From Candidatus Latescibacterota bacterium (lineage in GTDB: Bacteria; Latescibacterota; UBA2968; UBA8231), in NCBI GenBank assembly GCA_965223905.1, contig CBDCXV010000010.1, positions 160,001-224,000 of the forward strand: a DNA stretch of 64,000 nucleotides, in the 5' to 3' direction. Below are positions 9,672-19,159 of this stretch, one piece after another. The notes under the pieces were generated by a model, which made no database searches, was not told where the DNA came from, and saw only the letters and a list, made by a program, of their open reading frames with translations. The position numbers and the translations under genes were made by a program. How positions within the stretch are numbered: position 1 is the stretch's first letter; each line of letters begins with the position of its first letter.

Positions 9672-10829
9672 ATGGCCAAGATCCTAGTCGTAGACGACGA
9701 GCCGGACCTGGAGCTGCTGCTGCGGCAGAGATTCCGGCGCCGGACCCGGTCCGGAGAGCTCAGTCTCGTTTTCGCCCAGAACGGCGTCGAGGCCTTGCAG
9801 CAACTCGAGGAACACGACGACGTCGACCTGGTGCTGTCGGACATCAACATGCCGGAAATGGACGGGCTCACCCTCCTGCAGCAGCTCGGCAGTCTCGACT
9901 ACGACCTGCGGGCGGTGATGGTCACGGCGTACGGGGACATGAAGAACATCCGCACCGCCATGAACCGGGGGGCCTTCGATTTCGTGACCAAGCCGATCGA
10001 CTTCGACGACCTCGAAGCGACGATCGCCAAGACCCTCGAGCACCTCGGGGTAATGCGGGAGGCGCTGCGATCGCGGGACGAGCTGGTGGCCCTGCGGCAG
10101 GAGCTCGGGGTGGCGGCGCAGATGCAGGAGTCCATTCTCCCCACGGACTTCCCCGTGAACCCCCGCTACGAGATACACGCCTCGATGACCCCGGCTCGCG
10201 AGGTCGGCGGCGACTTCTACGACTTCTTCCGGATCGAGGGCGAGCGCATGGGGATCGTGGTGGCGGACGTGTCGGGGAAGGGAGTGCCGGCCGCCCTCTT
10301 CATGATGGTGAGCCGGACCCTCATGAAGGGGACCGCCATCGGCGAGAGCAACCCGGCGAAGTGCCTCAACGAGGTCAACGAGCTGCTGACCGAGTCGAAC
10401 GAGGAGTCGATGTTCGTCACCGTGTTCTACACTACCCTCGACCCGGTCACGGGGCGCGTCGAGTTCGCCAACGCCGGGCACAACCTGCCGTACGTGGTCA
10501 AGCAGTCCGGCGAGGTGCGGCAGATCTCCTGCGACCCGGGGCTGGTCCTGGGGGTGCTGCCCTCCTTCGAGTTCCCGGAGGGTAACATCGAGCTGGACCC
10601 GGGGGACGTGCTGTTCTTCTACACCGACGGCGTCAACGAGGCGATGGACGAGAACGGCGTCGAGTTCGGCGACGAAAGGCTGACCCAGGTCCTGGCGCAG
10701 GCCGCGGGTGCCAGCGCCGCCGAGTTCAGCAGCCGGGTGGTGCAGGCGGTGCAGGATCACGCCGGGGAAGCCCCCCAGTCCGACGACATAACCTGCATGG
10801 CTGTGCGCTACATCGGGGATCCTGCGTAG
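9672..10829 (+). CDS. Response regulator with receiver domain and PP2C/SpoIIE (RsbU-type) phosphatase output
   Basis: ILVVDDE, LSDINMP, FVTKP receiver motifs; VGGDFYD, ADVSGKG, YTDGV, DDIT phosphatase motifs. Confidence 0.93.
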   Translation: MAKILVVDDEPDLELLLRQRFRRRTRSGELSLVFAQNGVEALQQLEEHDDVDLVLSDINMPEMDGLTLLQQLGSLDYDLRAVMVTAYGDMKNIRTAMNRGAFDFVTKPIDFDDLEATIAKTLEHLGVMREALRSRDELVALRQELGVAAQMQESILPTDFPVNPRYEIHASMTPAREVGGDFYDFFRIEGERMGIVVADVSGKGVPAALFMMVSRTLMKGTAIGESNPAKCLNEVNELLTESNEESMFVTVFYTTLDPVTGRVEFANAGHNLPYVVKQSGEVRQISCDPGLVLGVLPSFEFPEGNIELDPGDVLFFYTDGVNEAMDENGVEFGDERLTQVLAQAAGASAAEFSSRVVQAVQDHAGEAPQSDDITCMAVRYIGDPA

Positions 10830-12014
10830 ATGGGTCGCTTCGCCCTCCTCGCCGCGGCAGCGGCGGGACTGGCGCCTGTCGCCGCGTACGCCGCCCCCCC
10901 GGCCGTCAGCGACGGGGTGTTCCCCGACTCGATCCTCTTCGGACAGTCCGCGGCCCTGAGCGGCCCGGCCGGGGAGCTGGGGAGAAACATGAACCTCGGG
11001 GTGCGCGCCGCCTTCGAGGAGGCCAACCGCTCCGGCGGCATCCACGGCCGCCAGCTCCGGCTCCTCGTGCGGGACGACGGGTACGAGCCCGAGGCCGCGG
11101 TCGCCAACACCAGGGAGCTGATCGCGCTCGGCGTCTTCGGCCTCATCGGCGCCGTCGGCACCCCCACCTCCAACGCCGCCGAACCGATTGCCAGCGGCGC
11201 CTCGGTCCCCTACATCGGCCCCTTCACCGGCGCCGACCTGCTCAGGGGGGACGACCAGCGGTACGTAGTGAACGTCCGCGCCTCGTACTACCAGGAGACC
11301 GAGGAGATGGTGGAGCGGCTGACCGCGGACCTGGGATTCCGGCGCATCGCCATCCTCTACCAGGACGACAGCTACGGAACCGCCGGCCTGACAGGGGTGC
11401 GCCGTGCTCTCGACCGGCGCGGCATGAAGCTGGTCGGCGAAGTCACCTACATGCGCAACACCATCGCCGTGAAGCGGGCCCTTCTCGGCCTCCTGGACAG
11501 CGACCCGGAAGCGGTCATCATCATCGGCGCCTACCGGCCGGCAGCCCACTTCATCAAGTGGGCCCGGAAGATCGGCATGGAAGCGGTCTTCGTGAACATA
11601 TCCTTCGTCGGCAGCAACGCCCTCCTGAAGGAGCTGGGCGGGGCCGGCGACGGGGTGGTGGTCACCCAAGTCGTGCCCTTCCCGCGCGACACCGCCATTC
11701 CGATAGTGGCCCGGTATCACGCCGCCCTGAAAGCGGCCGACGGCGCCGCGCAGCCGGGATTCGTCTCCCTTGAGGGGTACCTGGCGGGGCGCCTGGCGGT
11801 CGATGCCCTGCGCGCCTCCACCGCCCCTGGCGACGGTGAAGGGGCCCTGCCGACCCGTGAGGCTTTCCTCCGCACCCTCGAGGAATCCGGCCCCATCGAT
11901 CTGGGCGGCTTCGAGGTCGAGTACGGTCCCGGGGACAACCAGGGGTCCGACCAGGTGTTCCTGACCACGATCCGCGGGGGCGGTTTCGTCCCGGTGACGC
12001 GGCTGTTGCGATGA
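10830..12014 (+). CDS. Periplasmic type I (LivJ-like) ligand-binding protein
   Basis: Signal peptide; FGQSAALSGP, DDGYEP, VGTPT, VRASY, FVSLEGY motifs. Confidence 0.88.
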   Translation: MGRFALLAAAAAGLAPVAAYAAPPAVSDGVFPDSILFGQSAALSGPAGELGRNMNLGVRAAFEEANRSGGIHGRQLRLLVRDDGYEPEAAVANTRELIALGVFGLIGAVGTPTSNAAEPIASGASVPYIGPFTGADLLRGDDQRYVVNVRASYYQETEEMVERLTADLGFRRIAILYQDDSYGTAGLTGVRRALDRRGMKLVGEVTYMRNTIAVKRALLGLLDSDPEAVIIIGAYRPAAHFIKWARKIGMEAVFVNISFVGSNALLKELGGAGDGVVVTQVVPFPRDTAIPIVARYHAALKAADGAAQPGFVSLEGYLAGRLAVDALRASTAPGDGEGALPTREAFLRTLEESGPIDLGGFEVEYGPGDNQGSDQVFLTTIRGGGFVPVTRLLR

Positions 12015-14245
12015 ACATCTCCGAGCAACGCATCCAATCCACCTTCGAAAGCGTCCTGGCGCGGCTCCCCGGCCCCCTCGGCGAACGCCTCCGGAAAGCG
12101 ACCGGGGGACGGTTCGGCATCGGCAGCAAGATCGCCGTGGTCCTGGGCGGCGGCGTCACCCTGACCATCGGCGCCGTCGTTCTCGCGCTGGGGCTGATGA
12201 GAATAGTCAGCACCCGCCAGAGCGAGGTCACCGAAGGGTACATGCCGGCTCTGGTCGCCGCCTTCGAGGTCGCCCGGAGCAGCTCCGAGTTGGTGCGGGC
12301 TTCCCCCCGGCTCCTCGCCGCCGACGATCCCGACGACCTCGGGTTGGTGATGTGGGACGTGGTGCGGGAGGAGGAGACCTTGCGGAAATGGCTTTCCGAA
12401 GTAAGGCGCGCCGAATCGAAGGGAGGCGCCGAGGGAGACATCGGAAGCGCGGTCGTGCCGCTGGCCGACAGCCTGGTGGAGAGCATCAGCCAGATCCAGG
12501 AGTCGGTCGGGCGCAGGATGCAGTACCGGGCCCTGCTCCGGAAGCTCGAAGGGCAGGTCGAGAGCCTCGGCCTCGAACTGCAGCTATTGCTCGAGGAGCT
12601 GGTCGACGATCAGCATTTCTTCATGCACACCGGGCTCCGCGGTCTCGACGATGCCCCGGCCTCCCCGGACCGGAGGACGTCGAGGGCCGAGCTCGATCAC
12701 TACGCCGGCCTCCTCGACTTCCAGGCTTCGCAGAACGTCACCACCACCCTCATCCAGCAGGCGATGACGGAGAACGACCCGGAGCTGCTGCGGGCGAACC
12801 GGGAACGGGTGGAAACGGCCATGAGCGACGTGCGCCGGGCCCTGGGCGGGATCAGGCCGGCGATCAGGTCCCGGCTGCAGCCGCAGGTGGAGAAGCTGAC
12901 CGGCTTCTACGCCGCTCCGGACGGGGCCTTCGAGACCCGCACCCGCGAGCTCGAGGAGATCCGCCGCTCCGAAGATCTCCTGGCCCGCAACCAGCAGACC
13001 ACCGCCGACCTCGTGGCCATGGTGGAAGGACTGGTGAAGGAGGCCGAGGTCTCCACCCAGAACGCCGCCAATCGCTCCCGCAACCTGGTGCGCCTCGGGT
13101 TCTGGTTTCTGCTCGGGGTCACCCTCCTCACCCTCGTCGCCGCCTACTTCGTCTGGATGTTCTTCGGCAAGCGCCTGCTGGCCCGGTTGGGCAGGCTCTT
13201 CGACGCCACCCAACGGATGTCGAAGGGGGATCTCGAAGTGCAGGTGGAGATCGAAGGGAACGACGAGGTGACCGACATGGCCGGGGCCTTGGAGGTCTTC
13301 CGGCAGCACGCCGTCGAGGTGCAGCGGCTCAACCTCGTCGAAAAGCTCGCCGCGGAGGTCCAGGCCAAGAACGCCGCGCTCGAGACCACCAACTCCGAGC
13401 TGGAGACCACCCTGGAAGACCTCAAGCGCACTCAGCAGCAGGTCATCAGCCAGGAAAAGCTCGCCTCCCTGGGGGCCCTCACCGCCGGCATCGCCCACGA
13501 GATCAGGAACCCCCTGAACTTCGTCAACAACTTCGCCGGCCTTTCGTCCGACCTGATCGACGAGCTGCGGGAAGAGCTGAAGGGAGAGGGGGAGGGCGGC
13601 ATGGACCAAGAGCTGATCGACGAGATCCTCGACGACCTCGGCGGCAACGCGGGCAAGGTGAAGGAGCACGGGGAGCGGGCCAACCGCATCGTCGAGGGCA
13701 TGCTGGCCCACTCCCGCAACGAGGCGGGACAGGTGGAATCAGTGGACATCAACCTGCTGGTCGACGAATACGCCAAGCTCGCCTACCACGGACTAAGGGG
13801 CACGGATTCGACGTTCAACGTCAACCTGGTCCAGGAGTACGACGAGGGCGCCGGGCGGGTCGAGGCGAGCACCCGGGACCTGAGCCGGGTCTTCCTCAAC
13901 GTGGTGACGAACGCCTGCCACGCCACTGCCGCCCGCGCCAGGGAGTCCGACGGCTCCTACAAGCCCAAGGTGTGGCTCAGGACCGAGGGCAGCGAGGACG
14001 GCGTTCGCGTTTCCATCCGCGACAACGGCACCGGGATTCCCGCCGAGATCGTCGACAGGATCTTCGACCCGTTCTTCACCACCAAGTCCGGCACCCAGGG
14101 GACCGGGCTCGGACTTTCGATCTCCCACGAGATCGTCCGCGAGCACGGGGGGGAGTTCCAGGTGGAGACCGAAGAGGGGGAATTCACCGAATTCAGGATA
14201 GTCCTGCCGAGGAAGGGCGTCCTTTCCGCCGCTCCTGCTTCCTGA
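12011..14245 (+). CDS. Membrane sensor histidine kinase with a large helical periplasmic domain and HAMP domain
   Basis: Two TM helices; GNDEVTDMA HAMP; AGIAHEIRNPLNF H-box; DNGTG, FFTTK, GTGLGL; ATGA overlap with the upstream gene. Confidence 0.93.
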   Translation: MNISEQRIQSTFESVLARLPGPLGERLRKATGGRFGIGSKIAVVLGGGVTLTIGAVVLALGLMRIVSTRQSEVTEGYMPALVAAFEVARSSSELVRASPRLLAADDPDDLGLVMWDVVREEETLRKWLSEVRRAESKGGAEGDIGSAVVPLADSLVESISQIQESVGRRMQYRALLRKLEGQVESLGLELQLLLEELVDDQHFFMHTGLRGLDDAPASPDRRTSRAELDHYAGLLDFQASQNVTTTLIQQAMTENDPELLRANRERVETAMSDVRRALGGIRPAIRSRLQPQVEKLTGFYAAPDGAFETRTRELEEIRRSEDLLARNQQTTADLVAMVEGLVKEAEVSTQNAANRSRNLVRLGFWFLLGVTLLTLVAAYFVWMFFGKRLLARLGRLFDATQRMSKGDLEVQVEIEGNDEVTDMAGALEVFRQHAVEVQRLNLVEKLAAEVQAKNAALETTNSELETTLEDLKRTQQQVISQEKLASLGALTAGIAHEIRNPLNFVNNFAGLSSDLIDELREELKGEGEGGMDQELIDEILDDLGGNAGKVKEHGERANRIVEGMLAHSRNEAGQVESVDINLLVDEYAKLAYHGLRGTDSTFNVNLVQEYDEGAGRVEASTRDLSRVFLNVVTNACHATAARARESDGSYKPKVWLRTEGSEDGVRVSIRDNGTGIPAEIVDRIFDPFFTTKSGTQGTGLGLSISHEIVREHGGEFQVETEEGEFTEFRIVLPRKGVLSAAPAS

Positions 14246-14483
14246 TGTTTGCCGCTGCCGAGGGTGGTCGGGGCTTTGCGGACAAACCCCCTCCACGGGG
14301 CGCCGCCCCGGATTCACGGCCACCCGTTCTACCACGATGACCGGAACCTTGCTGTCCCCGATCCCACCTTGTTGACCGCAACCCGAACCTTCCCGGCAAT
14401 GGCGATCATCTTGCGGCAAGGAGCCGCAAGCCATCTCTGCAGAATCCCGGAAAAACCAGACCTGGTACAACGAGGACAGCCGG

Positions 14484-15257
14484 ATGGAAACAGCATGCGC
14501 AGCGGTTTCGGCGGCCGCACTGCTGGCCGCCTGGACTGCGACCCCCGCCCGAGCCGAGTTCCACCTGCAGTACGGCAAGCTGCTGAACCCATTCTCGGCA
14601 GCGGAGCAACAGACCCTTGTCTTCACCGTGCAGCGGGCCGCGGGATGGAAGTACGGCGACAGCTTCTTCTTCATCGACTACCTCGACGACGGCGGAGAGG
14701 ACGGCTTCAACGACAGGGAGTTCTACGCCGAGTGGTATCCGACCCTGAGCTTCGGCAAGCTCGCCGGCAGGGCGTTCCGCCTCGGCCCGATCGCTGATTT
14801 CTCCCTCGTTGCCGGGTTCAACGCCACCGGCGACGGCAAAGTCGTGCAGTACCTGCCCGGTCTGAGAGCCTCGTGGAACCTGCCGGGATTCCTGTTCCTG
14901 AATACGGACCTCACCGCCTATATCGACGGCAGCACCGGCATCGACGGCGGGGGGCCTCCCGAAACCGGCAGCAGCTTCATGTTCGACGTCAGCTGGGTCT
15001 TTCCCTTCGAGGCGGGCAGCCAGTCGTTTGCCATCGCCGGCCATGCGGAGTACCTCGGCGGCAGCACCAACGAGCTCGGCGAGGAGGTCAACGGGTCGAT
15101 TCTCGCCCAGCCGCAGTTCACCTGGGATCTGGGCAAGGCCGTATTCGCAGCGCCCCATCGGTTCCTGGCCGGCATCGAGTACCAGTACTGGCGCAACAAG
15201 CTCGGAACGGACCTCGACGAGAGCACGGCGCAGCTGCTGGTGGTGTGGCGCCCCTGA
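14484..15257 (+). CDS. Tsx/OmpK-like (DUF5020) outer-membrane nucleoside channel
   Basis: Signal peptide; WKYGDSFFFID, QPQF.WD, GIEYQYWRNKLG motifs. Confidence 0.8.
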   Translation: METACAAVSAAALLAAWTATPARAEFHLQYGKLLNPFSAAEQQTLVFTVQRAAGWKYGDSFFFIDYLDDGGEDGFNDREFYAEWYPTLSFGKLAGRAFRLGPIADFSLVAGFNATGDGKVVQYLPGLRASWNLPGFLFLNTDLTAYIDGSTGIDGGGPPETGSSFMFDVSWVFPFEAGSQSFAIAGHAEYLGGSTNELGEEVNGSILAQPQFTWDLGKAVFAAPHRFLAGIEYQYWRNKLGTDLDESTAQLLVVWRP

Positions 15258-15333
15258 AGGGCTTGCAATTCCGGGATCGGGGTTCGCAGGGCTTTCAGCA
15301 TATCTTCGCCGGGATCGTTCGCTGAATTTAATT

Positions 15334-15361
15334 TTGTCAATTTTGGTTTTTTTCTTACAAG
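15334..15361 (+). promoter_or_regulatory. Possible sigma70-type promoter for the permease
   Basis: AT-rich patch with TTGTCA-16 nt-TACAAG upstream of a GGGAGA RBS. Confidence 0.3.
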
Positions 15362-15374
15362 CTACTGGGAGACA

Positions 15375-17144
15375 ATGGATTTGGATACAGCAAAAGCGAA
15401 TGAAAACATCCGCTTCGAGCCCGACGAGCTCCCTCCCCACTCGGTCGCGGCCGGGGTCGGATTTCAGGCCGCGGTCGTCGTCCTGGCGCCGGTGGTGCTC
15501 AGTGCCGTCATAATTGCCCGGGCAGCCAACCAGCCGGCGAGCTACCTGACCTGGGTCGCCTTTGCGGCGCTGATGGTCAGCGGCGTGAGCACGGTGCTGC
15601 AAGCGGTCCGGATCGGGCGTATCGGGGCGGGGCACGTGCTCATCATGGGGACCTCCGGAGCCTTCATCGCGGTCTGCATCACGGCGCTAGTGAAGGGCGG
15701 ACCCCCCTTGATGGCGAGCCTTATCGTCGTTTCGTCGCTGTTTCAGTTTCTCCTGGCGGCGCGGCTGTCGCTGGTGCGCCGGATCATCACGCCGGTCGTC
15801 TCCGGAACGGTGATCATGCTGATCGCAGTCACGGTCATGCCGGTCGTGTTCGACCTGCTGGGGGACGTTCCGGACGACACGCCTGCGGCTGCGGCACCGG
15901 CCGCGGCCGCAGCCACCCTCGCCGCCCTCCTGGTCCTGGCGCTGCGCGCGCCCGTGGCCTGGAGGCTATGGGCCCCGCTCATCGCCATCGTTGTCGGCTG
16001 CGCCGTCTCCGCCCCCTTCGGGCTGTACGACGTTCAGCCGGTGCTCGAAGCTGCCTGGATCGGTTTTCCCGACTACGCCTGGCCGGGACTGGACCTGTCG
16101 CTCAGCGCGGAGTTCTGGGCACTGCTGCCCGCGTTCGTGGTCGTCACCATGGTAGGGGCGATCGAGACCATCGGCGACGGCGTCGCCATTCAACGGGTCT
16201 CGCGGCGGCGCCCGCGGGCAACCGATTTTCGCCTCGTCCAGGGCGCTCTCAACGCCGACGGGGTGGGCAATCTGCTTTCCGGGCTCGTCGGCACGCCCCC
16301 CAATACGACCTACTCCACCAGCATATCCCTCGCCGAGCTCACCGGGGTCGCCGCCCGCCGCGTCGGCGTGTATATCGGCGTCCTCTTCGTGTTGCTGGCG
16401 CTGTCGCCCAAGGTGACGGCCCTCATCATCGCCATTCCCAACCCGGTTGGCGCCGCCTACGTAACCCTGCTGATAGGCATCCTCTTCGTGCAGGGAATGA
16501 AGATCGTCGTCGGGGACGGCCTCGATCACCGCAAGGCCGCGGTGGTGGGTCTCGCCTTCTGGATCGGCGTCGGCTTCCAGAACCGGGTGATCTTCGCCGA
16601 CCTGCTGGGCGGGACCTTGGGCACCTTGCTCGGCAACGGCATGACCGCCGGGGGGATCGCGGCGATCGCCCTGACCGCCTTCCTGGAGCTGACGGCGCCC
16701 CGGAGCCGGCGTCTCAAGGTCGAGCTGGCCGCTTCGGCGCTGCCGGAAATCGACGCCTTCCTGCGCGCCTTTGCCTCAAAAATCGGCTGGAAAGATCCGT
16801 CGGAAGGGCGGCTGCGCTCCGCGGGAGAGGAGACCCTGGCGGTCCTGCTGCAGCAGGCCGAAGAGGAAGACGCGGGCCCCGAGGGGCGGAGCCTGATCGT
16901 CACCGCCCGCCTGTCGGAGAAGAGTGTGGAGCTGGATTTCCTCGCCGCCTCGAGCGCCGAGAACCTCGAGGACCGGCTCGCCTACCTCAGCGAGCAGCCC
17001 GAGCTGGTCGACGAGCACGAGATCTCCTACCGCCTGTTGCGGCATTACGCCTCTTCGGTGCGGCACCAGAAGTACCACGACGTCGACATCGTCTCGGTGC
17101 TGGTCGAAGGCTCGCCCGAGTCCCGCCCGGAGCAGGGCGGATGA
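15375..17144 (+). CDS. NCS2 (xanthine/uracil) permease with a C-terminal cytoplasmic domain of about 140 aa
   Basis: MGTSGAF, PVVSGTVIMLI, ETIGD, ADG, PNTTYS motifs and many TM helices; extra soluble C-terminus. Confidence 0.88.
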   Translation: MDLDTAKANENIRFEPDELPPHSVAAGVGFQAAVVVLAPVVLSAVIIARAANQPASYLTWVAFAALMVSGVSTVLQAVRIGRIGAGHVLIMGTSGAFIAVCITALVKGGPPLMASLIVVSSLFQFLLAARLSLVRRIITPVVSGTVIMLIAVTVMPVVFDLLGDVPDDTPAAAAPAAAAATLAALLVLALRAPVAWRLWAPLIAIVVGCAVSAPFGLYDVQPVLEAAWIGFPDYAWPGLDLSLSAEFWALLPAFVVVTMVGAIETIGDGVAIQRVSRRRPRATDFRLVQGALNADGVGNLLSGLVGTPPNTTYSTSISLAELTGVAARRVGVYIGVLFVLLALSPKVTALIIAIPNPVGAAYVTLLIGILFVQGMKIVVGDGLDHRKAAVVGLAFWIGVGFQNRVIFADLLGGTLGTLLGNGMTAGGIAAIALTAFLELTAPRSRRLKVELAASALPEIDAFLRAFASKIGWKDPSEGRLRSAGEETLAVLLQQAEEEDAGPEGRSLIVTARLSEKSVELDFLAASSAENLEDRLAYLSEQPELVDEHEISYRLLRHYASSVRHQKYHDVDIVSVLVEGSPESRPEQGG

Positions 17145-17399
17145 ATGAGGGCAGTGACCGCAGGTCCCGGATCTGTCGGTGCGGAGTGCCGCGATAGCCT
17201 GAGTGCCTGCCCTGTGCCGGCATGTGCCCCGGCCACCCCCCCGGCCTTCTGTTGCAATCCGTTGCAAGCCGGGAACCGGCCGGCATGGGAAAGGCGGGCT
17301 GAGGCGCAGTCACGGCCCCGGCAACAAGTCGGCTGGCTCGAATCCCGGGTCCCGCGGCTGGACCCGGCCCTGAGGCTGGCGCAGGTGAAGCCGGAACCG

Positions 17400-18518
17400 C
17401 TACGAGCGGGACAGCCTGTGGGCGCGGTACGGGTTGCTGCAGGGCGGACCGTCGGCGACCTCCAGAGTGCCGGCGGAGACATCCATGACCACCGAGGCCA
17501 GGGTTTCCAGGACGAGCTCGTCCGGCTGGTCTTCCCGGTGCCGGCAGATCGATTCCGGCCGGTTCTCGTGATCGCGGAGAATGGCCTTCAGACGCTCGCT
17601 GCCCGCCTCCCCTTCCCCGATCAGCTCTCCGGCCCGCCGGGCGCGGTCGCAGAACCCGGGATACTGAACGGCCAGGCGGTCCTCGAGGCCGCGCTCCCGG
17701 GGAGGGCCGTCTTCACTGGCATCTGCAAAGACATTGCAATGCGACGCCCGCCCGCCCGGGGACGCGGCGACCACGGCGACGTCCGCGGGGCTCACCTCGA
17801 GCGAGGCGACCTTCCCCTCCCCCGAGCCCGGGGCACCCGGTTGCGCCATGGTGAAGTTGACCGAGGCTACCCGTTCGGCCGGCTCCAGAGTGCGGCGCGC
17901 CTCGTCGATGCTCGAGCAGTTGAGCGCGGCGCGCGCCAGCACCCAGACCGGCACCGCGGCCTCGAAGCGGTCGAGCTGCGATCCCATGGCGTTGGCGCAC
18001 AGGGCGAGGCCTTCGGAGTTGATCCCCTTGTGGCCGACGAACCCCGCCTCGACGTGGGTGAGGATGTCGGGGCGGTCCTCCTGCCGGACCTCGAGCAGAA
18101 TGCTGACCTCCCCGACCGGCACCGCCCAGTCCCAGTTCTGCCCGACCAGGGTGTGGCCGCTTTCGCTGGCCCGGGCGATTCCGAGGGAGGTGCATTCACC
18201 GCTTCCTGCCGGCGCTCCGGCGAAGAGGGTCGACAGCATGATCTCGTAGCGGCCGTTGACGATCAACACGTCGTCGACCGCGAGCCCGGAGCCGGCGGCG
18301 ATCCCCTCGATCTCGGTCAGAATCTCCGCGTCGAAATCCCCAATCTTCCCGGCGAAACCGGAGATGATCTCGATCAGCTCCCCCCGGGTGCGGCCGCTCC
18401 CCTTCTCCCACATGTCGACGTAGAACTCGACCCCCTTGCGGATGAGGGGGCCGGCCTGCTCGCCGTACTGGCGGCCGCGTTCGAACGCGCCGCCGCTGAT
18501 GGTCACTTTGCGGGGCAT
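17400..18518 (-). CDS. Peptidase C45 family Ntn hydrolase (acyl-CoA:6-APA acyltransferase-like)
   Basis: G...ERGRQYG, autoproteolytic ECTS, GQNWDW, GINSEG, ICRH motifs. Confidence 0.88.
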   Translation of the reverse strand: MPRKVTISGGAFERGRQYGEQAGPLIRKGVEFYVDMWEKGSGRTRGELIEIISGFAGKIGDFDAEILTEIEGIAAGSGLAVDDVLIVNGRYEIMLSTLFAGAPAGSGECTSLGIARASESGHTLVGQNWDWAVPVGEVSILLEVRQEDRPDILTHVEAGFVGHKGINSEGLALCANAMGSQLDRFEAAVPVWVLARAALNCSSIDEARRTLEPAERVASVNFTMAQPGAPGSGEGKVASLEVSPADVAVVAASPGGRASHCNVFADASEDGPPRERGLEDRLAVQYPGFCDRARRAGELIGEGEAGSERLKAILRDHENRPESICRHREDQPDELVLETLASVVMDVSAGTLEVADGPPCSNPYRAHRLSRS

Positions 18519-18618
18519 CGTTCTTCTCCGGACCCCCGGACCTGCATTGAGCGGTCAATCAGGTTGTGGCCCCGCGCGCCCGGCCTGACTCCCCTGCACC
18601 TCGAATACGCGGACATCT

Positions 18619-18993
18619 CTACTCCTCCATCACCGTCTGCCTGTCCGCGGAGGAAAAGGAGATGAACAGGACCGCCTCCTCGGTTTCGGACAGGTTGCGG
18701 GCCTGGTGTGGGACTCCCTCGGGAATGGCGACGGTGTCCCCGGGGCCGAGCTCCGCGACCTCGCCTGCATCCAGGGTGTGGGAGATCCCGCCCGAAACGA
18801 CGACGAGCACTTCCGAGCAGTTGGGATGGTAATGCCGGAGATTGGCCTGCCCCGGTTTCAACCGCGCCGTGCCCACGGTCATCTCTCCCGAATTGCCCAG
18901 CGAGCCGCTGGCGTGCCAGCGCAGCTCTCCCCAGTCGAAATCGACGACCTCGCACTCGTTGGTGCGCAACACCGAAATTCCCGCTTCTTCCAT
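18619..18993 (-). CDS. Cupin domain protein
   Basis: HYHPNCSEVL and GD...IP.GVPH cupin motifs. Confidence 0.88.
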   Translation of the reverse strand: MEEAGISVLRTNECEVVDFDWGELRWHASGSLGNSGEMTVGTARLKPGQANLRHYHPNCSEVLVVVSGGISHTLDAGEVAELGPGDTVAIPEGVPHQARNLSETEEAVLFISFSSADRQTVMEE

Positions 18994-19010
18994 GACAGTC
19001 TCCTTTGCTT

Positions 19011-19120
19011 CAGCCCGTGGACAAGTTGTTCTGCAGGCGGGGCCCAGTCATGGCGGTGGAAGACAATACTCGCTGACCGCAGGGCCCGCCCCAGCCCGGA
19101 TGGGCTTCTTCAACGTGCTG
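19011..19120 (+). mobile_element. MITE-like element family A, copy 2
   Basis: CAGCCCGTGGACAAG...CTTCTTCAACGTGCTG imperfect terminal inverted repeats and the shared internal core. Confidence 0.8.
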
Positions 19121-19159
19121 TCGGGTCTGCTTTCCGCTGATAGCGGGCAGGCGTAGTAT

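Noticed and set aside
14246-14483. Possible purine riboswitch upstream of the Tsx-like and NCS2 genes
   Set aside because: No recognisable aptamer consensus by eye; an Rfam/Infernal scan would be needed.
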